Assembly (NCBI GenBank): GCA_965261545.1 | Contig: CBDHDF010000007.1 | Coordinates: forward strand, 224,001-288,000 | From: Bdellovibrionales bacterium | GTDB lineage: Bacteria; Bdellovibrionota; Bdellovibrionia; Bdellovibrionales; UBA1609 | DNA: 64,000 nt | Reading direction: 5' to 3' | In this document: in pieces, positions 44,319 to 54,813 of the stretch | How the letters are laid out: every line of letters begins with the position of its first letter | Position numbering within the stretch: the stretch's first letter is position 1 | Position numbers and translations under genes: made by a program | Notes under the pieces: generated by a model | Told to the model about the DNA's origin: nothing | Databases searched by the model: none | The model's input: the letters and a program-made list of their open reading frames with translations, nothing else

Positions 44319-46025
44319 AACATTCATGGGGGCGCCTTGCTTCCCCACCCACGCCCATGAATCTTATCTAGGCCCCCACTTCTTTGCACGAAGCAACTCG
44401 GTGGACAGCTTCGCTGGTCTATATAATTGGCCTCTTTTAGTTACTCTGGACTTTTGATGGTATTTTTGTCATGTATGATTCCGATACAATAAAGGATAAA
44501 GCAATAACATTATTGGAAGGTGATAAGATGAGTGGCCGTTGAATAGATTGGTAATTTTAATTCCGTGAAGTAACATGGTCTTGAGCTTTGGATCGAACCC
44601 ACGCATGTACCTGCACTCTGAGTGTATGGACGTATAGTAAGTTGACCTATTTTCGCTTTAGAATTTATGGCAAAATCCCAAGGCTCTAGTTTTATCACCT
44701 TCTTTTTTTCTAACAGAAAGGAGGAGTCATGTGGATATTATTTATAGTTCTGTTTGTGGAATAGATGTTCATCAACATATGTTGATGTGTACGATTGTCA
44801 AAGTGGAAGACGGTAAGAAGAAGTTTTTCACAAAAGAGTTCAAGAATTTTCCAAAAAATTTTCCTAGAATGCGCTCTTGGATGAAGCCACATAAGGTTGA
44901 GAGAGTTCTTTTTGAGAGCACAGGGATTTATTGGAATTCTTTATACGATGATTTGACAGAAAAAGGTTATGAAGTAGATGTTATCAATGCCTTTCATGTC
45001 AAAAATATTACTGGTAAAAAAACTGACGTGTTGGATAGCCAGTGGATTGCAGAGCTTGGTGCTTGTGGTCTTCTAAGAGCTAGCTTCATTCCTCCACGTG
45101 AGATTCGTTCTATTAGACTTTTGGCTCGTTATCGTACAAAAACGATCCGCCAAATATCTTCGGAACAAAATCGTATGTATAAGGTTCTTGAATATTCAGG
45201 CATTCGTTTAACCTATGCAATGTCTAAAGCTGACTGCGTATCTGGTATGGCCATGATTCGTGCCATAGCTAATGGAGAGAGATCAGTTTCTAAATTGATG
45301 TCTCTTGCCAGAGGGTCTTTACGTCAAAAGACCGAAGAATTTTCTTACGCCCTGTCGGGAAAGATGACGGAAGAAAATCGTTTTGTTCTTCAACGCATTC
45401 TTGATCGAATAGATTTTTTGAAAAAAGAATGCTCTCAAATTGAAGAAGAACTTTTCATTCGTATGAAACCCTATGAAAGGCAGTGGCATCTACTCCAGAC
45501 TATACCTGGAATTGACGAATTAAGTGCAGCGCTTTTGATTGCAGAAATAGGAGGCAATGTGAAGTCTTTTAAAAATAAAGGAAATTTTTGCTCCTGGATG
45601 GGGATTTGCCCATCCAATAATGAGAGCGCAGGAAAAAAAAAGTCTTCACGAACGAGGAAAGCGAACACATATGTGAAATCGTTGGTATGTGAGATGGCCA
45701 ATAGTGCTATTAAGACGAATTCACAATTCAAAGGCAAATACCAATCACTTGTTATAAGGCGTGGGCACAAGAGATCAGTGATTGCCGTTGGTCACAAAAT
45801 GATGGGAGTTGTTTATTCAGTCATAAGTAATGACACCCCCTACAAAGACCCTGGAATTGACTATGAAAAGCTCATGGTGAAAAAAAATGCACCAAGGTGG
45901 ATTAGAGCGTTAAAAAAGTATGATTTCATGTAATGTAGGATGATTTAAAAACTCGGACATTTGAAAAAATTCGAAGAACGGATAGTGGATTCGTGCGTCC
46001 AAACTACCCCGGAGATTCATAGTAA
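44319..46025 (+). mobile_element. IS110 copy 7 (intact)
   Basis: Right junction ATAGT-AA-CTATTCAGGGGG equals the IS66 terminus. Confidence 0.96.
44731..45933 (+). CDS. IS110-family DEDD recombinase (intact, 400 aa)
   Basis: Same protein as 43026-44228. Confidence 0.96.
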   Translation: MDIIYSSVCGIDVHQHMLMCTIVKVEDGKKKFFTKEFKNFPKNFPRMRSWMKPHKVERVLFESTGIYWNSLYDDLTEKGYEVDVINAFHVKNITGKKTDVLDSQWIAELGACGLLRASFIPPREIRSIRLLARYRTKTIRQISSEQNRMYKVLEYSGIRLTYAMSKADCVSGMAMIRAIANGERSVSKLMSLARGSLRQKTEEFSYALSGKMTEENRFVLQRILDRIDFLKKECSQIEEELFIRMKPYERQWHLLQTIPGIDELSAALLIAEIGGNVKSFKNKGNFCSWMGICPSNNESAGKKKSSRTRKANTYVKSLVCEMANSAIKTNSQFKGKYQSLVIRRGHKRSVIAVGHKMMGVVYSVISNDTPYKDPGIDYEKLMVKKNAPRWIRALKKYDFM

Positions 46026-46254
46026 CTATTCAGGGGGTGGGCGAATTCGAGTCATAAATGAGGGAAGTTTTCCTTGAAATAGCATATTTAGAGCATCTTT
46101 AGGTTCTATGCAAAATTTCACCTAGTTTGACCCACCCAATTTCACCTGGTTTGACCCACCCAATTTCACGAAGTTTGACCCACTGAATTTCACCAAACAT
46201 TGACCCACTTAGATCTTCATAGATATTCTTTCTGCGCTACGCATTAACGAGGAG

Positions 46255-47778
46255 GTGTCTATGGGCAAACAAGGTAAGAAAAAAGGAGCAAGAATGATCA
46301 ACAATATTAAGAAATACATAGAGCTTGGACTCAGTTCGAGACAAATAGCTCGAGCTATGGGTGTTAGTCGGAACACTGTGAAGAAGTATGTGAAGGATAG
46401 TCCCGGAGGCCCTAACAGCCGCTCAAAGGGGTCGCATGGGCCCTACCAAGCCCCATGGTCATCCAAGGTGAATTGGACAGATGTTCGCCTCAAGCAAAGC
46501 CTAGGGACTCAATTGGCTCATTACTGGGAGCGACATATTCAGTCCGAGATTGACGGTGTGAGTTATCTTTCTTTTTGGAGAGAGTTTCGTCGGAGGCACC
46601 CAAGTATAAAGCTTGATATGCACCAGACATTCACCCCTGGTGAACGGAGTGAGTTTGACTATAAGGGAAAAGACTCTTGTTTTGGCTATACAGATGCCAA
46701 GACTGGGGAGTTCATCCCATGTCGATTATTTGGAATGATACTTCCATCGAGTCAGTTTTTCTTTCCATGCGCCACATTAACAGAGCAGCGGGAAGATGTT
46801 TTTTCCTCCATAGCTTCTGGTTTTGAGTTTTTTGGTGGTGTGACCGGAACCATTGCTTTTGATAACGCAAAGGTTCAAGTGACAAGAGCTGATACTTATG
46901 ACCCCGATATTAACTCTGAGTTTCACCTCTTGTGTGATCACTACAATGTGGCTCCTTTGGCGATGAGGCCATCTCGCCCCAAAGACAAGAGTCTTATCGA
47001 AAATACCCTTGGAGTCTTTTGGCGCTGGTCTTGGCCCCAGATAAGAGAGCGGCAAATGTATTCTCTAGCAGACATCAACGCTGAGTTGAAGCATTTGGCA
47101 GCTATTTTCAATGATCGTATTCAAAAAAAGTATGGGTTGAGTCGTCGACAGAAGTTTGAATCTTTTGAGAAGTCAAAATTGAATCCTCTTCCTGAAAGAC
47201 GCTATGAGAGTGGATTCTGGAAGCATTCCAAGGTTCATCCGGATTGTCACATTCAATATAACTACAATTTTTACTCTGTTCCTTATAAGCATCGCGGCAA
47301 GAAGTTAGATATTCGTATTAGCCAACAATGCTTGGAGGTTTATTCAGAATTAGAGCGGGTGGCGATACATCACATCCCCCAGGGCAGTCGAGGGCGCTAC
47401 TTTACGACAAAATCTCATCTCCCTGAGTCCCACCGGGCCATTTTAGAGCAAACGCCACAAAATGTACTTAAAGAGGCATCAAGCCTTGGAGAAAGCATTC
47501 ACAAAGTTGCCGAGCGGCTTATCAAAGAGCCTCGCCATCCGCTTATGTATCTTCGTCGTGTTCAGGGGATACTCAATCTAAGAAAACGGTATTCAACAGC
47601 TTCTTTGGAGCAGGCTTGCTCATTTTTTGTAGATGCAGCTTTAAGTGACATTAGGGTTCGTGGAGTTGAGAAAGTTATTTCAGCAAAAAGTCATCGAAAA
47701 GAGGAGCCAAGAGTCTGCCGTCAACCTAATGAAAATTTAAGAGGTTCAGAGCACTGGGAGAATGCTTGCCGCCACTAA
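46255..47778 (+). CDS. istA: IS21 transposase IstA
   Basis: HTH RQIARAMGVSRNTVKKY, PGERSEFDY, FDNAK, PKDKSLIE. Confidence 0.93.
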   Translation: MSMGKQGKKKGARMINNIKKYIELGLSSRQIARAMGVSRNTVKKYVKDSPGGPNSRSKGSHGPYQAPWSSKVNWTDVRLKQSLGTQLAHYWERHIQSEIDGVSYLSFWREFRRRHPSIKLDMHQTFTPGERSEFDYKGKDSCFGYTDAKTGEFIPCRLFGMILPSSQFFFPCATLTEQREDVFSSIASGFEFFGGVTGTIAFDNAKVQVTRADTYDPDINSEFHLLCDHYNVAPLAMRPSRPKDKSLIENTLGVFWRWSWPQIRERQMYSLADINAELKHLAAIFNDRIQKKYGLSRRQKFESFEKSKLNPLPERRYESGFWKHSKVHPDCHIQYNYNFYSVPYKHRGKKLDIRISQQCLEVYSELERVAIHHIPQGSRGRYFTTKSHLPESHRAILEQTPQNVLKEASSLGESIHKVAERLIKEPRHPLMYLRRVQGILNLRKRYSTASLEQACSFFVDAALSDIRVRGVEKVISAKSHRKEEPRVCRQPNENLRGSEHWENACRH

Positions 47779-47859
47779 TCACATAGCCCCGGTGGGTGGT
47801 TCTCAACCACCTAACGGGTCATTTTGACCTCCATAAGAGAGGTCGTATAGGAGAAGAAA

Positions 47860-48588
47860 ATGATTAAACAAACAGAAAATTTATTAGAGATATTAAAAAT
47901 GAGGGGAGTTTTAGCAACCTTGAGCCAGAGGCTCAAAGAAGCTGAGGAGCAGGATCTTGGTTACGAGGACTTTCTAAATGTCATCTTTGAGGACGAAAAA
48001 ATCCATCGTGAAAATCAGAAGGTCTCAAGACTTATCAAAAGAGCAGCTTTGCAGCAAAAAGCAAGCCTTGAGGCCTTTGAAACCAAATCCAACCGAGGAG
48101 TCGATCGAAGAGTTTTGAGTGATCTAGCCCTTATGAGATTTGCTCAAAGAGGTCAAAATATAATTATCTCTGGCCCAACGGGTGTTGGAAAGTCATATTT
48201 GGCTTGTGCCATAGGTAATCACGCCTGTCGCCAAGGTTTTTCCACTCAGTTCTTCAGAATGAATACTCTTGTTGAAAAATTCAACTTAGAAAGAGCCCAG
48301 GGGACATATCTAAACTTCCTTAAAAGGCTAAAATCAGTCTCGATACTTGTGTTGGATGATTTTGGTATCAAGCCCCTTACCTCTAACCAATATCAAGACC
48401 TTTACGATGTGATTGATGAACGAGGCCCTGACCTGAGCCTCATTCTTACAACCCAACTTCCAATAAAAAATTGGAGTGAAGTCATTGAGGATCCCATCGT
48501 TTGTGAAGCTATTATGGATCGCATAACCTCTCAAGCTATCAAAATAGCCATGTCTGGAAGCTCATTTAGGCAGAGAAAGACGATTTAA
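47860..48588 (+). CDS. istB: IS21 helper ATPase IstB
   Basis: GPTGVGKS, LVLDDFG, TTQLP, AIMDRI. Confidence 0.95.
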   Translation: MIKQTENLLEILKMRGVLATLSQRLKEAEEQDLGYEDFLNVIFEDEKIHRENQKVSRLIKRAALQQKASLEAFETKSNRGVDRRVLSDLALMRFAQRGQNIIISGPTGVGKSYLACAIGNHACRQGFSTQFFRMNTLVEKFNLERAQGTYLNFLKRLKSVSILVLDDFGIKPLTSNQYQDLYDVIDERGPDLSLILTTQLPIKNWSEVIEDPIVCEAIMDRITSQAIKIAMSGSSFRQRKTI

Positions 48589-48664
48589 GGAGAATCCATG
48601 CAAAGGCAGACCTTGGAAGACACCATCGGGAGACACTCCATCGGAACTATTGAATCATGTACCC

Positions 48665-48762
48665 GCCAGTTATCCACAAAATTTACCCACGGCAGCGCTG
48701 CGTTGATAGACATCGGGGTCACAGACGCAGCGTCACCATGGATAAATTTGTGGATAACTGGC
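48665..48762. repeat. Long imperfect palindrome with inverted DnaA boxes (shared motif, copy b)
   Basis: GCCAGTTATCCACA...TGTGGATAACTGGC. Confidence 0.85.
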
Positions 48763-50697
48763 TCGCTATTCTCTGCCATTTTGAGCAATGGATTCAACAT
48801 CCCCATTGAAAAACCCTCCATTGAAACCTCAGAAATGGGGAGGGTCGAGATTCTCAATGACAAAGTGGCCAATTTTAGTTGGCATCTAACATTCTGGCAA
48901 ATAAGCCTTAACCCACCGTTGGGACATCGTGACATTGAGGGTGTAAAAGTTACTGAGTCAGCAGAAAAAAGAAGGTTTAAATTGACAAAGTTTGAGCCAC
49001 CGTGAAATTCAAAATTGGACCTCAAATTGACTGACTGAGGGGTGGGTCAAACTTCGTGAAATTCAGTGGGTCAAACTCGTGAAATTCAGCATCTATGCCA
49101 TTTTTCTGGCAAGTCAGGAGAAAGCTTCGGTTTCTACAAAATGTCTTGGCTCCCATCAACGAACGAAAGCACCCAGATATTTTCTGCTGAACTTTGGTCA
49201 TTCTCAGATCATTTTCTGCTATATTATTCGTAAATGGAACTATGGGGTCCTTCATAAATAGCAAGGTATCATCTTCAAAGTTTCTCAGTCGATCTAGTAA
49301 ATTTCTAGATTTGGATTGTTTAACCTTTCCCTTCTTTTTTTTCTCTGTCCTCTCCATTAATGGAGATTCCTTTTCCCCTTCGAAGAGAATATTTCGATAT
49401 TTCTCTTTGTAATATTCAATTCGGTCTTGTGAAAGGCATTGGTTCTGCGTATCGTGCACCTCTTTGTTTATTGTCTCTAAAAGAGACTTCATTTCTTTTG
49501 CCCATTTTTGATCATCTTGCTCCCAAGCTCTTTGAAGCTCCCTTAAATGGTGCGCATTGCAAAGGGCATGAATGCAGGAAGTATATGTATAATAAGGTTT
49601 CCAATGGTCATGACAAACAATCCCTGTGTATTTTGGAAGAATTCCCATGCGATCCATAGCCTCTGCGCCTCTTTTTTCGTCCACCTGATAGAGAACCACA
49701 GTATCATTGGACAAGAGGTGAAACCACAGCCTCTTCCCATTAACATTCACTCCAGTTTCGTCAGCATGAATCAAAGGTGAGTTCAGAAGAGTTTCCTTTG
49801 CCCACTCCTCAAAAGCTTCCAGAGCCTCAAATGTTAGCTGACAATTAAAATGCCCCACCGTCGCCAATGAAAAGTGGCCACTTTTCAGAGGAGGACCTAT
49901 GGTGATTTTTGGCATTGTCAACCGAGACGCATATAATCAATTGATATTACTCATAAAAAGGCTCCGAGCTGATAAGAACTCCTTTTGGGTTCTTGTCGAC
50001 CTGGAAAGGGGCTCCGTGTTGGAGAGTCCTTCCATGACAGCCTATTCAGGTTCCATATTTGTCATTTGTAGACTGTTTCTGGATTTCAATGAGGTTAAAT
50101 ATATAGTCAAGAAAAGCCTGTTTAGGCTGTGCCCATTTTCTAAAGTATTTAAATTCCACAAGATTCCAACATTTGCCTCAATTTTCATGGAATTTCTTTT
50201 TGAAGACAGGCTTCCCTTAAAGCCGTCGCCAATTAAAATGTCCCACTTTCAATATGGAGGTTGTCGCCAATGAAAAGTGACCAATCTTCAGGGAGTGTTC
50301 AAATACTAGACAATGAAGTCTCTTCTTCTGATATAGATACTAAGCTCACAGAGTCCCTCCCTTTTGCAACTCAAAAGGTTAGCAATGAGGAGGATCTTAT
50401 GATTAGTCAATACACTTTCGGCCGCATTCGTGACCTGAGTCACAGTGGTAAAAATAAGACAGAAATATCTCGTGAATTAGGGATCAATCGTAAGACGGTG
50501 CGCAAGTACTGTAAGTCCAACACCCCACCGAAGTACAAGGCGAGGTCCAAAAGAACTCGCCCAGATCCCCTTAATGGATATATGGATCGGGTGCATAGGT
50601 GTTCGTGGTTTTTTTCTAATTTTAATTCCGAATTAATGGAAATACTTTTCAAGCCTCCTTTTTTACATAGAGGGAAGTGGGCGATTTATAAATATTT

Positions 50698-50800
50698 GTA
50701 ACTGTTCAGGGGGTAGCAGAGTTCAAGAGGTAAATTGCTCCTTCTTACCAGAGAAAATATAAATCTCTCTCTGTAAACTCATGCCCCCCTGAATAGATAC
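50698..50800. mobile_element. 103-bp IS66-derived MITE
   Basis: Ends GTAACTGTTCAGGGGG and CCCCCTGAATAGATAC; 8-bp TSD AAATATTT; absent from IS4-D copy 1 (~35776). Confidence 0.9.
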
Positions 50801-50880
50801 AAATATTTATAGATGGTATTTTGAGAAATGGACGCAGATTGACATTTGATATCCACGACAAGCCATGTGTTTTAAGAGAC

Positions 50881-51345
50881 TTAATTGTGTAACGAAAGAA
50901 CTGTGGACTTTTGGGAACAACAGAATTTAAATTTCTTTCCACTTCCGCATGGACAGGATTGATTTCTTCCAATTTTTTCGCTTTGGTCATTTTTCTGCTG
51001 TGATGCAGACATATCTTCAGTTACAATTTTTTTTTGCTTTTCATCTTCCAAATCCTCATCCAAATTATCAAAAAGAATATCTCCTAGATTCTGGTGAAAG
51101 TAACGATTTTTAAATTGAGATATGAGCATCATAAAAATACATGTAAGAACCAAAAGTGTGAGTGAAGCAAAAAACAAAGAAGATGCTTGCATCTGAGTTA
51201 ATGGGAGGATGAGTGCCAGTAAATAACCAAATCCAAATACCAATAAGGAAATAAGAAGAGATATAAAGGATCCCAAAGAAAGTAATATTAAAAGTCCAAA
51301 AATCATTGCTATTTTTTGCTCCTGTCGAATACAATGAATCCGCAT
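50881..51345 (-). CDS. Membrane protein with SEC-C motif (IS passenger), copy 2
   Basis: Same protein as 35857-36321. Confidence 0.85.
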   Translation of the reverse strand: MRIHCIRQEQKIAMIFGLLILLSLGSFISLLISLLVFGFGYLLALILPLTQMQASSLFFASLTLLVLTCIFMMLISQFKNRYFHQNLGDILFDNLDEDLEDEKQKKIVTEDMSASQQKNDQSEKIGRNQSCPCGSGKKFKFCCSQKSTVLSLHN

Positions 51346-51450
51346 AGATACAAGTGAGTTATCTACAGACTTAATGATTCTCGCGTTAGTATCTTAATAG
51401 GTCAAGATTAATTGGAGGAAATTTTTATTTTTTAAACGCAGGGGGCAAAT

Positions 51451-52695
51451 ATGAGCACGGAAGCTCAAACACTTAAAACGATCAAAAAATGTTTCAAGAA
51501 AGTTATTCCTGAAAAGGACTCTCGGGCAACCATTCCACCTCTTGAGTTTATTGTGGCTCTTGTCTTGTCATTCCAGGGAGACTCTAAGACATATTCAATA
51601 GAGGGAATTAGGAGGTTTATGATAAGTCATTTAGGATTAAGAATTGAAAGACACAGCTTCTGGGAAAGACTCTCTAGAAAAAGATTAAAAGAGCTTCTGA
51701 GTAAACTGGTTGAAATGCTCATGATAAAGCTATCTCATGGAGCTTTTCATGGGAGCAAAGCCATATTATTACAACTGGGAGTCTCAGACGTTCTTCTTGT
51801 TGACTCAAGCACAATAAGCCTTTGGGATGGAGCATCTGAGAATTTTCCAGGGACAAGAACAAACGCAGGAATTAAATGGCACGCTTGTTTCAGTTTATTC
51901 AGTGGTATAATGACTTGGTTCGAATTAACTCCGTCTTCCACTAACGATAGGAAGTGCTTTCCTGATATAAAGGAACTCGTTGGAAAATTAGTCATCTTTG
52001 ATTTGGGATATTGGGACTATGGCTTATTGTCATCTATTCATGAAGCTAAAGGATTTTTCTTGTCTAGAGTGAAGTCAAATGCCTCTATTCTTATTGATGC
52101 TGTTGTTGAAGGTTTGCCAGATTACTATGTTGGAAAAGAGTTCTCTGATATTAAACTCAAGAAAAAAAACGATGTTGTTGAATTTATAGGCAGTGTCTTG
52201 TCCAATGGTAAATGGGTAAGTTTGAGAATTGTAGGCTTCTGGAATTCCTCCGAAAAACGCTATCATTGGTATTGCACGAATTTAGATGTGGCAGCGGAGT
52301 CCATATATCCAATTTATCGTTTACGTTGGCAATGTGAACTTATTTTCAAATCTTGTAAGAATTCTTTGAATGCAAATCAGATCACCTCAAACGATCAAAA
52401 TATCATAGAGAGTCTTCTTCTTGCTTCATTAGCGGCTCACCTCACATCAAGTGTTGTTTTGAGGATAGGAAGAACTAAACTCAATAAGGAACAAAATGAC
52501 TCCACATCGTTTCAAAGAGTTGCTAAGGTTACCGTCTTATTAGCCTCTGATTTTATCAAATATCTCCTAAGCTCATCTCAAAAGTATTTAAATATTTTGA
52601 TAGAGAAGATCAAGATATTCTCCCATGAAATTTATGACACAAACTACCGACGGCGAAAAACATCAATGAATATGGCTAAAAAGGTCTTGCTATGA
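51451..52695 (+). CDS. IS4-family transposase (intact)
   Basis: LVDSS, FDLGY, YRLRWQCELIFK (YREK motif). Confidence 0.93.
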   Translation: MSTEAQTLKTIKKCFKKVIPEKDSRATIPPLEFIVALVLSFQGDSKTYSIEGIRRFMISHLGLRIERHSFWERLSRKRLKELLSKLVEMLMIKLSHGAFHGSKAILLQLGVSDVLLVDSSTISLWDGASENFPGTRTNAGIKWHACFSLFSGIMTWFELTPSSTNDRKCFPDIKELVGKLVIFDLGYWDYGLLSSIHEAKGFFLSRVKSNASILIDAVVEGLPDYYVGKEFSDIKLKKKNDVVEFIGSVLSNGKWVSLRIVGFWNSSEKRYHWYCTNLDVAAESIYPIYRLRWQCELIFKSCKNSLNANQITSNDQNIIESLLLASLAAHLTSSVVLRIGRTKLNKEQNDSTSFQRVAKVTVLLASDFIKYLLSSSQKYLNILIEKIKIFSHEIYDTNYRRRKTSMNMAKKVLL

Positions 52696-54003
52696 AAGAA
52701 TAAAAAACCACGAACACCTATGGGATCGGGTGAAGTACTTTTTGAAGTTGAACCCAAGTAACACCGCCCGTGAAATATATGAGCTATTAGTTGAGGAGGG
52801 TTATCGTGGGAGTGAGAGAACGGTTCAGAGAAGAGTTTGTGAGATTCTTGGTTCTCGCCCCAAGGAGCGTTTTTTCAGCCAAAGATATGATCCTGGAGAA
52901 CAGGCTCAGTTTGATTTTAAGGAGAAGGTTGCTTTACCATTTGCCGATGGTGTTCAGATCGTTCATCTCCATTTTGGAACATTGCCTTGTAGTGGCACCT
53001 GTTGGGTTCGTGCCTACCCCTTTCTTGTCTATGAGTGTTTCATCGATGGGGTGCATGCTTTTTTTGAAAAGATAGGTGGGATGAGTGCGAACATCCGTAT
53101 TGATAATTTATCTCCCTGTGTGAAGAAAGTTCTTAAAGGAAATCAGCGAATTTACACCCAATCTTTTGATCGAGCCATCCAATACTATGGATTTAAGGTT
53201 CTTCCCTGCCGCGCAGGGAAGGGCTCTGACAAGGGAGATGTGGAGCGTGATATTCGAACCTTCAGTTCTCGGATAAAAAATATTGTTAGAAACAAAGGAA
53301 TTGTTTTTAAAGACTGGGATCATTTGAATCAGTTTTTAGAGTCTTATATGGATCAGCATCAGAGTGACTCCACCAAATCTCGCTTTGAGGAGGAGGCCAA
53401 AGTTCTTAAGCCTTTGCCTCCACGAGATGAAGATATTCTCTGTAAGGTGAATATTTGTCAAAGTAATGGTTATGGGACTTTGAGAATAGGTAAAACCACA
53501 TATTCCATACCTGATGAGGTGATCCAATCTCCCTGTAAAACCGTACAGGGTCCCTATCATGTCACGATCTATCGTGCAGGAGGGAAGCAAGAAATTGTCG
53601 CTCGCCATCAAAGAAAACCTGATGGGGAGCATAGTCTTCTTCTTGAACATATCCTTCCCTCTTTAGTTCGTAAGCCGCAAGCCATGGTAAGATGGGCTCA
53701 CCGATCCATTCTTTTTCCAACAAATGTGTTTGAAAATTTTTATCAATACCTCAAGCAACAAGATTCAAGCCGTGCCGAGCATGAATATTTAAGAGTTATC
53801 AACTTGATTCAGCATGTGAGTTGGCAGGACTTATCTACAGCCATGGAGCTTCAATTAGAAAGTCGTGAGATTTTCGACTTTAAATCCATAAAAGATTTGC
53901 TCTTAGGAAATCCCACCAAAATTAATTTGAATGACCAACAAAAACCACTTCAACCTAGATTGTCTCAATATGACAGTCTTGTTCCAAACATAGGAGGTTC
54001 TTA

Positions 54004-54786
54004 ATGAATCACGAAGAACTTATAGGTTCTCTTAAAAAACTCCGACTTCCAGCGATGGCGGATGAATATGTTGCAACGGCTAGAGTTGCCGAAAAAACAA
54101 AAAAGACGTATGAACAGTATTTAGGTATACTCGTTCAAAATGAGCTTGCTGACAAGCATTCCCAGAGAGTGAAAAGATTGCTTAAGGGGGCCAAGCTTCC
54201 TCAACTTAAATCACTCCAAACTTATAACTTCCAGAAAAGAACGGGAGTGACAGCTCAGCAAATTAATTGGATGGCAGAGGGAGAGTGGGTCAGAAAAGCC
54301 TGTAATGTTGTGTTTTACGGAAGCTTTGGAATGGGGAAAAGTCATTTGGCCATGTCCCTAGTTCGTTCACTCTGTGAACAAGGCTATCGATGTTTATGGG
54401 TCACCACTCATGAACTTATTGAAACAATGCGTGAAAGCAAGAAAGAACTCTCATTGAATGCTCTTTTTAAGAAATTAGACCGTTTTGATCTTATTGCTTG
54501 TGATGAACTTGGCTATACAGCTTCCTGCACAGAGGGGGCAGATCTTTTCTTTCAATTCATATCTCAGCGATATGAAAGGAAAAGTCTCATGATCACTACA
54601 AACTTAACATACTCTGAATGGGATAAGGTGTTTCTTAACCCTATTACCACCGCTGCTGCTGTTGATCGAATCATTCACAACTGTGAAACCCTCAACATTG
54701 AAGGAAAAGAAAGTTGGAGAACCGAATCGGCAAAAGCCAAGTCTAAACAGAGCAAAGAGGAAAGTTCAACCAAAGAAGTTCATTAG
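54004..54786 (+). CDS. istB: IS21 helper ATPase IstB
   Basis: GSFGMGKSHLA, CDELGY, TTNL, VDRIIH. Confidence 0.95.
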   Translation: MNHEELIGSLKKLRLPAMADEYVATARVAEKTKKTYEQYLGILVQNELADKHSQRVKRLLKGAKLPQLKSLQTYNFQKRTGVTAQQINWMAEGEWVRKACNVVFYGSFGMGKSHLAMSLVRSLCEQGYRCLWVTTHELIETMRESKKELSLNALFKKLDRFDLIACDELGYTASCTEGADLFFQFISQRYERKSLMITTNLTYSEWDKVFLNPITTAAAVDRIIHNCETLNIEGKESWRTESAKAKSKQSKEESSTKEVH

Positions 54787-54813
54787 AGATCCCCACTTTT
54801 GGGGAAGGAACTC

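Larger units (their letters stand above)
42614..44320 (+). mobile_element. IS110 copy 6 (intact)
   Basis: 1707 bp including both AA cores; head-to-tail with copy 7. Confidence 0.96.
46109..49091 (+). mobile_element. IS21-family element B, intact
   Basis: TG...CA ends, reiterated AATTTCAC..TTTGACCCAC terminal repeats, 4-bp TSD TCTA. Confidence 0.92.
46022..49831 (-). mobile_element. IS66 copy 2, 3' half only; interrupted by IS21-B and truncated by IS21-A
   Basis: 46022-46108 and 49092-49831 match the reverse complement of the 3' half of 31079-32793. Confidence 0.92.
50594..52722 (+). mobile_element. IS4-family element D, copy 2 (complete; carries SEC-C passenger and an IS66 MITE)
   Basis: 21-bp IR CATAGGTGTTCGTGGTTTTTT; 10-bp TSD GGATCGGGTG. 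Confidence 0.95.
50399..54004 (+). pseudogene. istA: istA split by IS4-D copy 2
   Basis: 50399-50593 plus 52733-54004 reconstitute the ORF at 722-2188. Confidence 0.92.

Noticed and set aside
46112..46210. Regularly spaced short repeats resembling a CRISPR array
   Set aside because: These are IS21 terminal transposase-binding repeats without unique spacers, and there are no cas genes.
48585..49025. 135-aa and 146-aa ORFs downstream of istB in IS21-B
   Set aside because: They overlap on opposite strands across the palindrome and terminal repeats and are likely spurious.
49899..50273. 124-aa ORF in the IS21-A leader (also 2314-2688)
   Set aside because: It has no recognisable domain and runs through terminal repeats. 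An RBS-like GAGGAGG precedes it, so it is not excluded, but support is insufficient.
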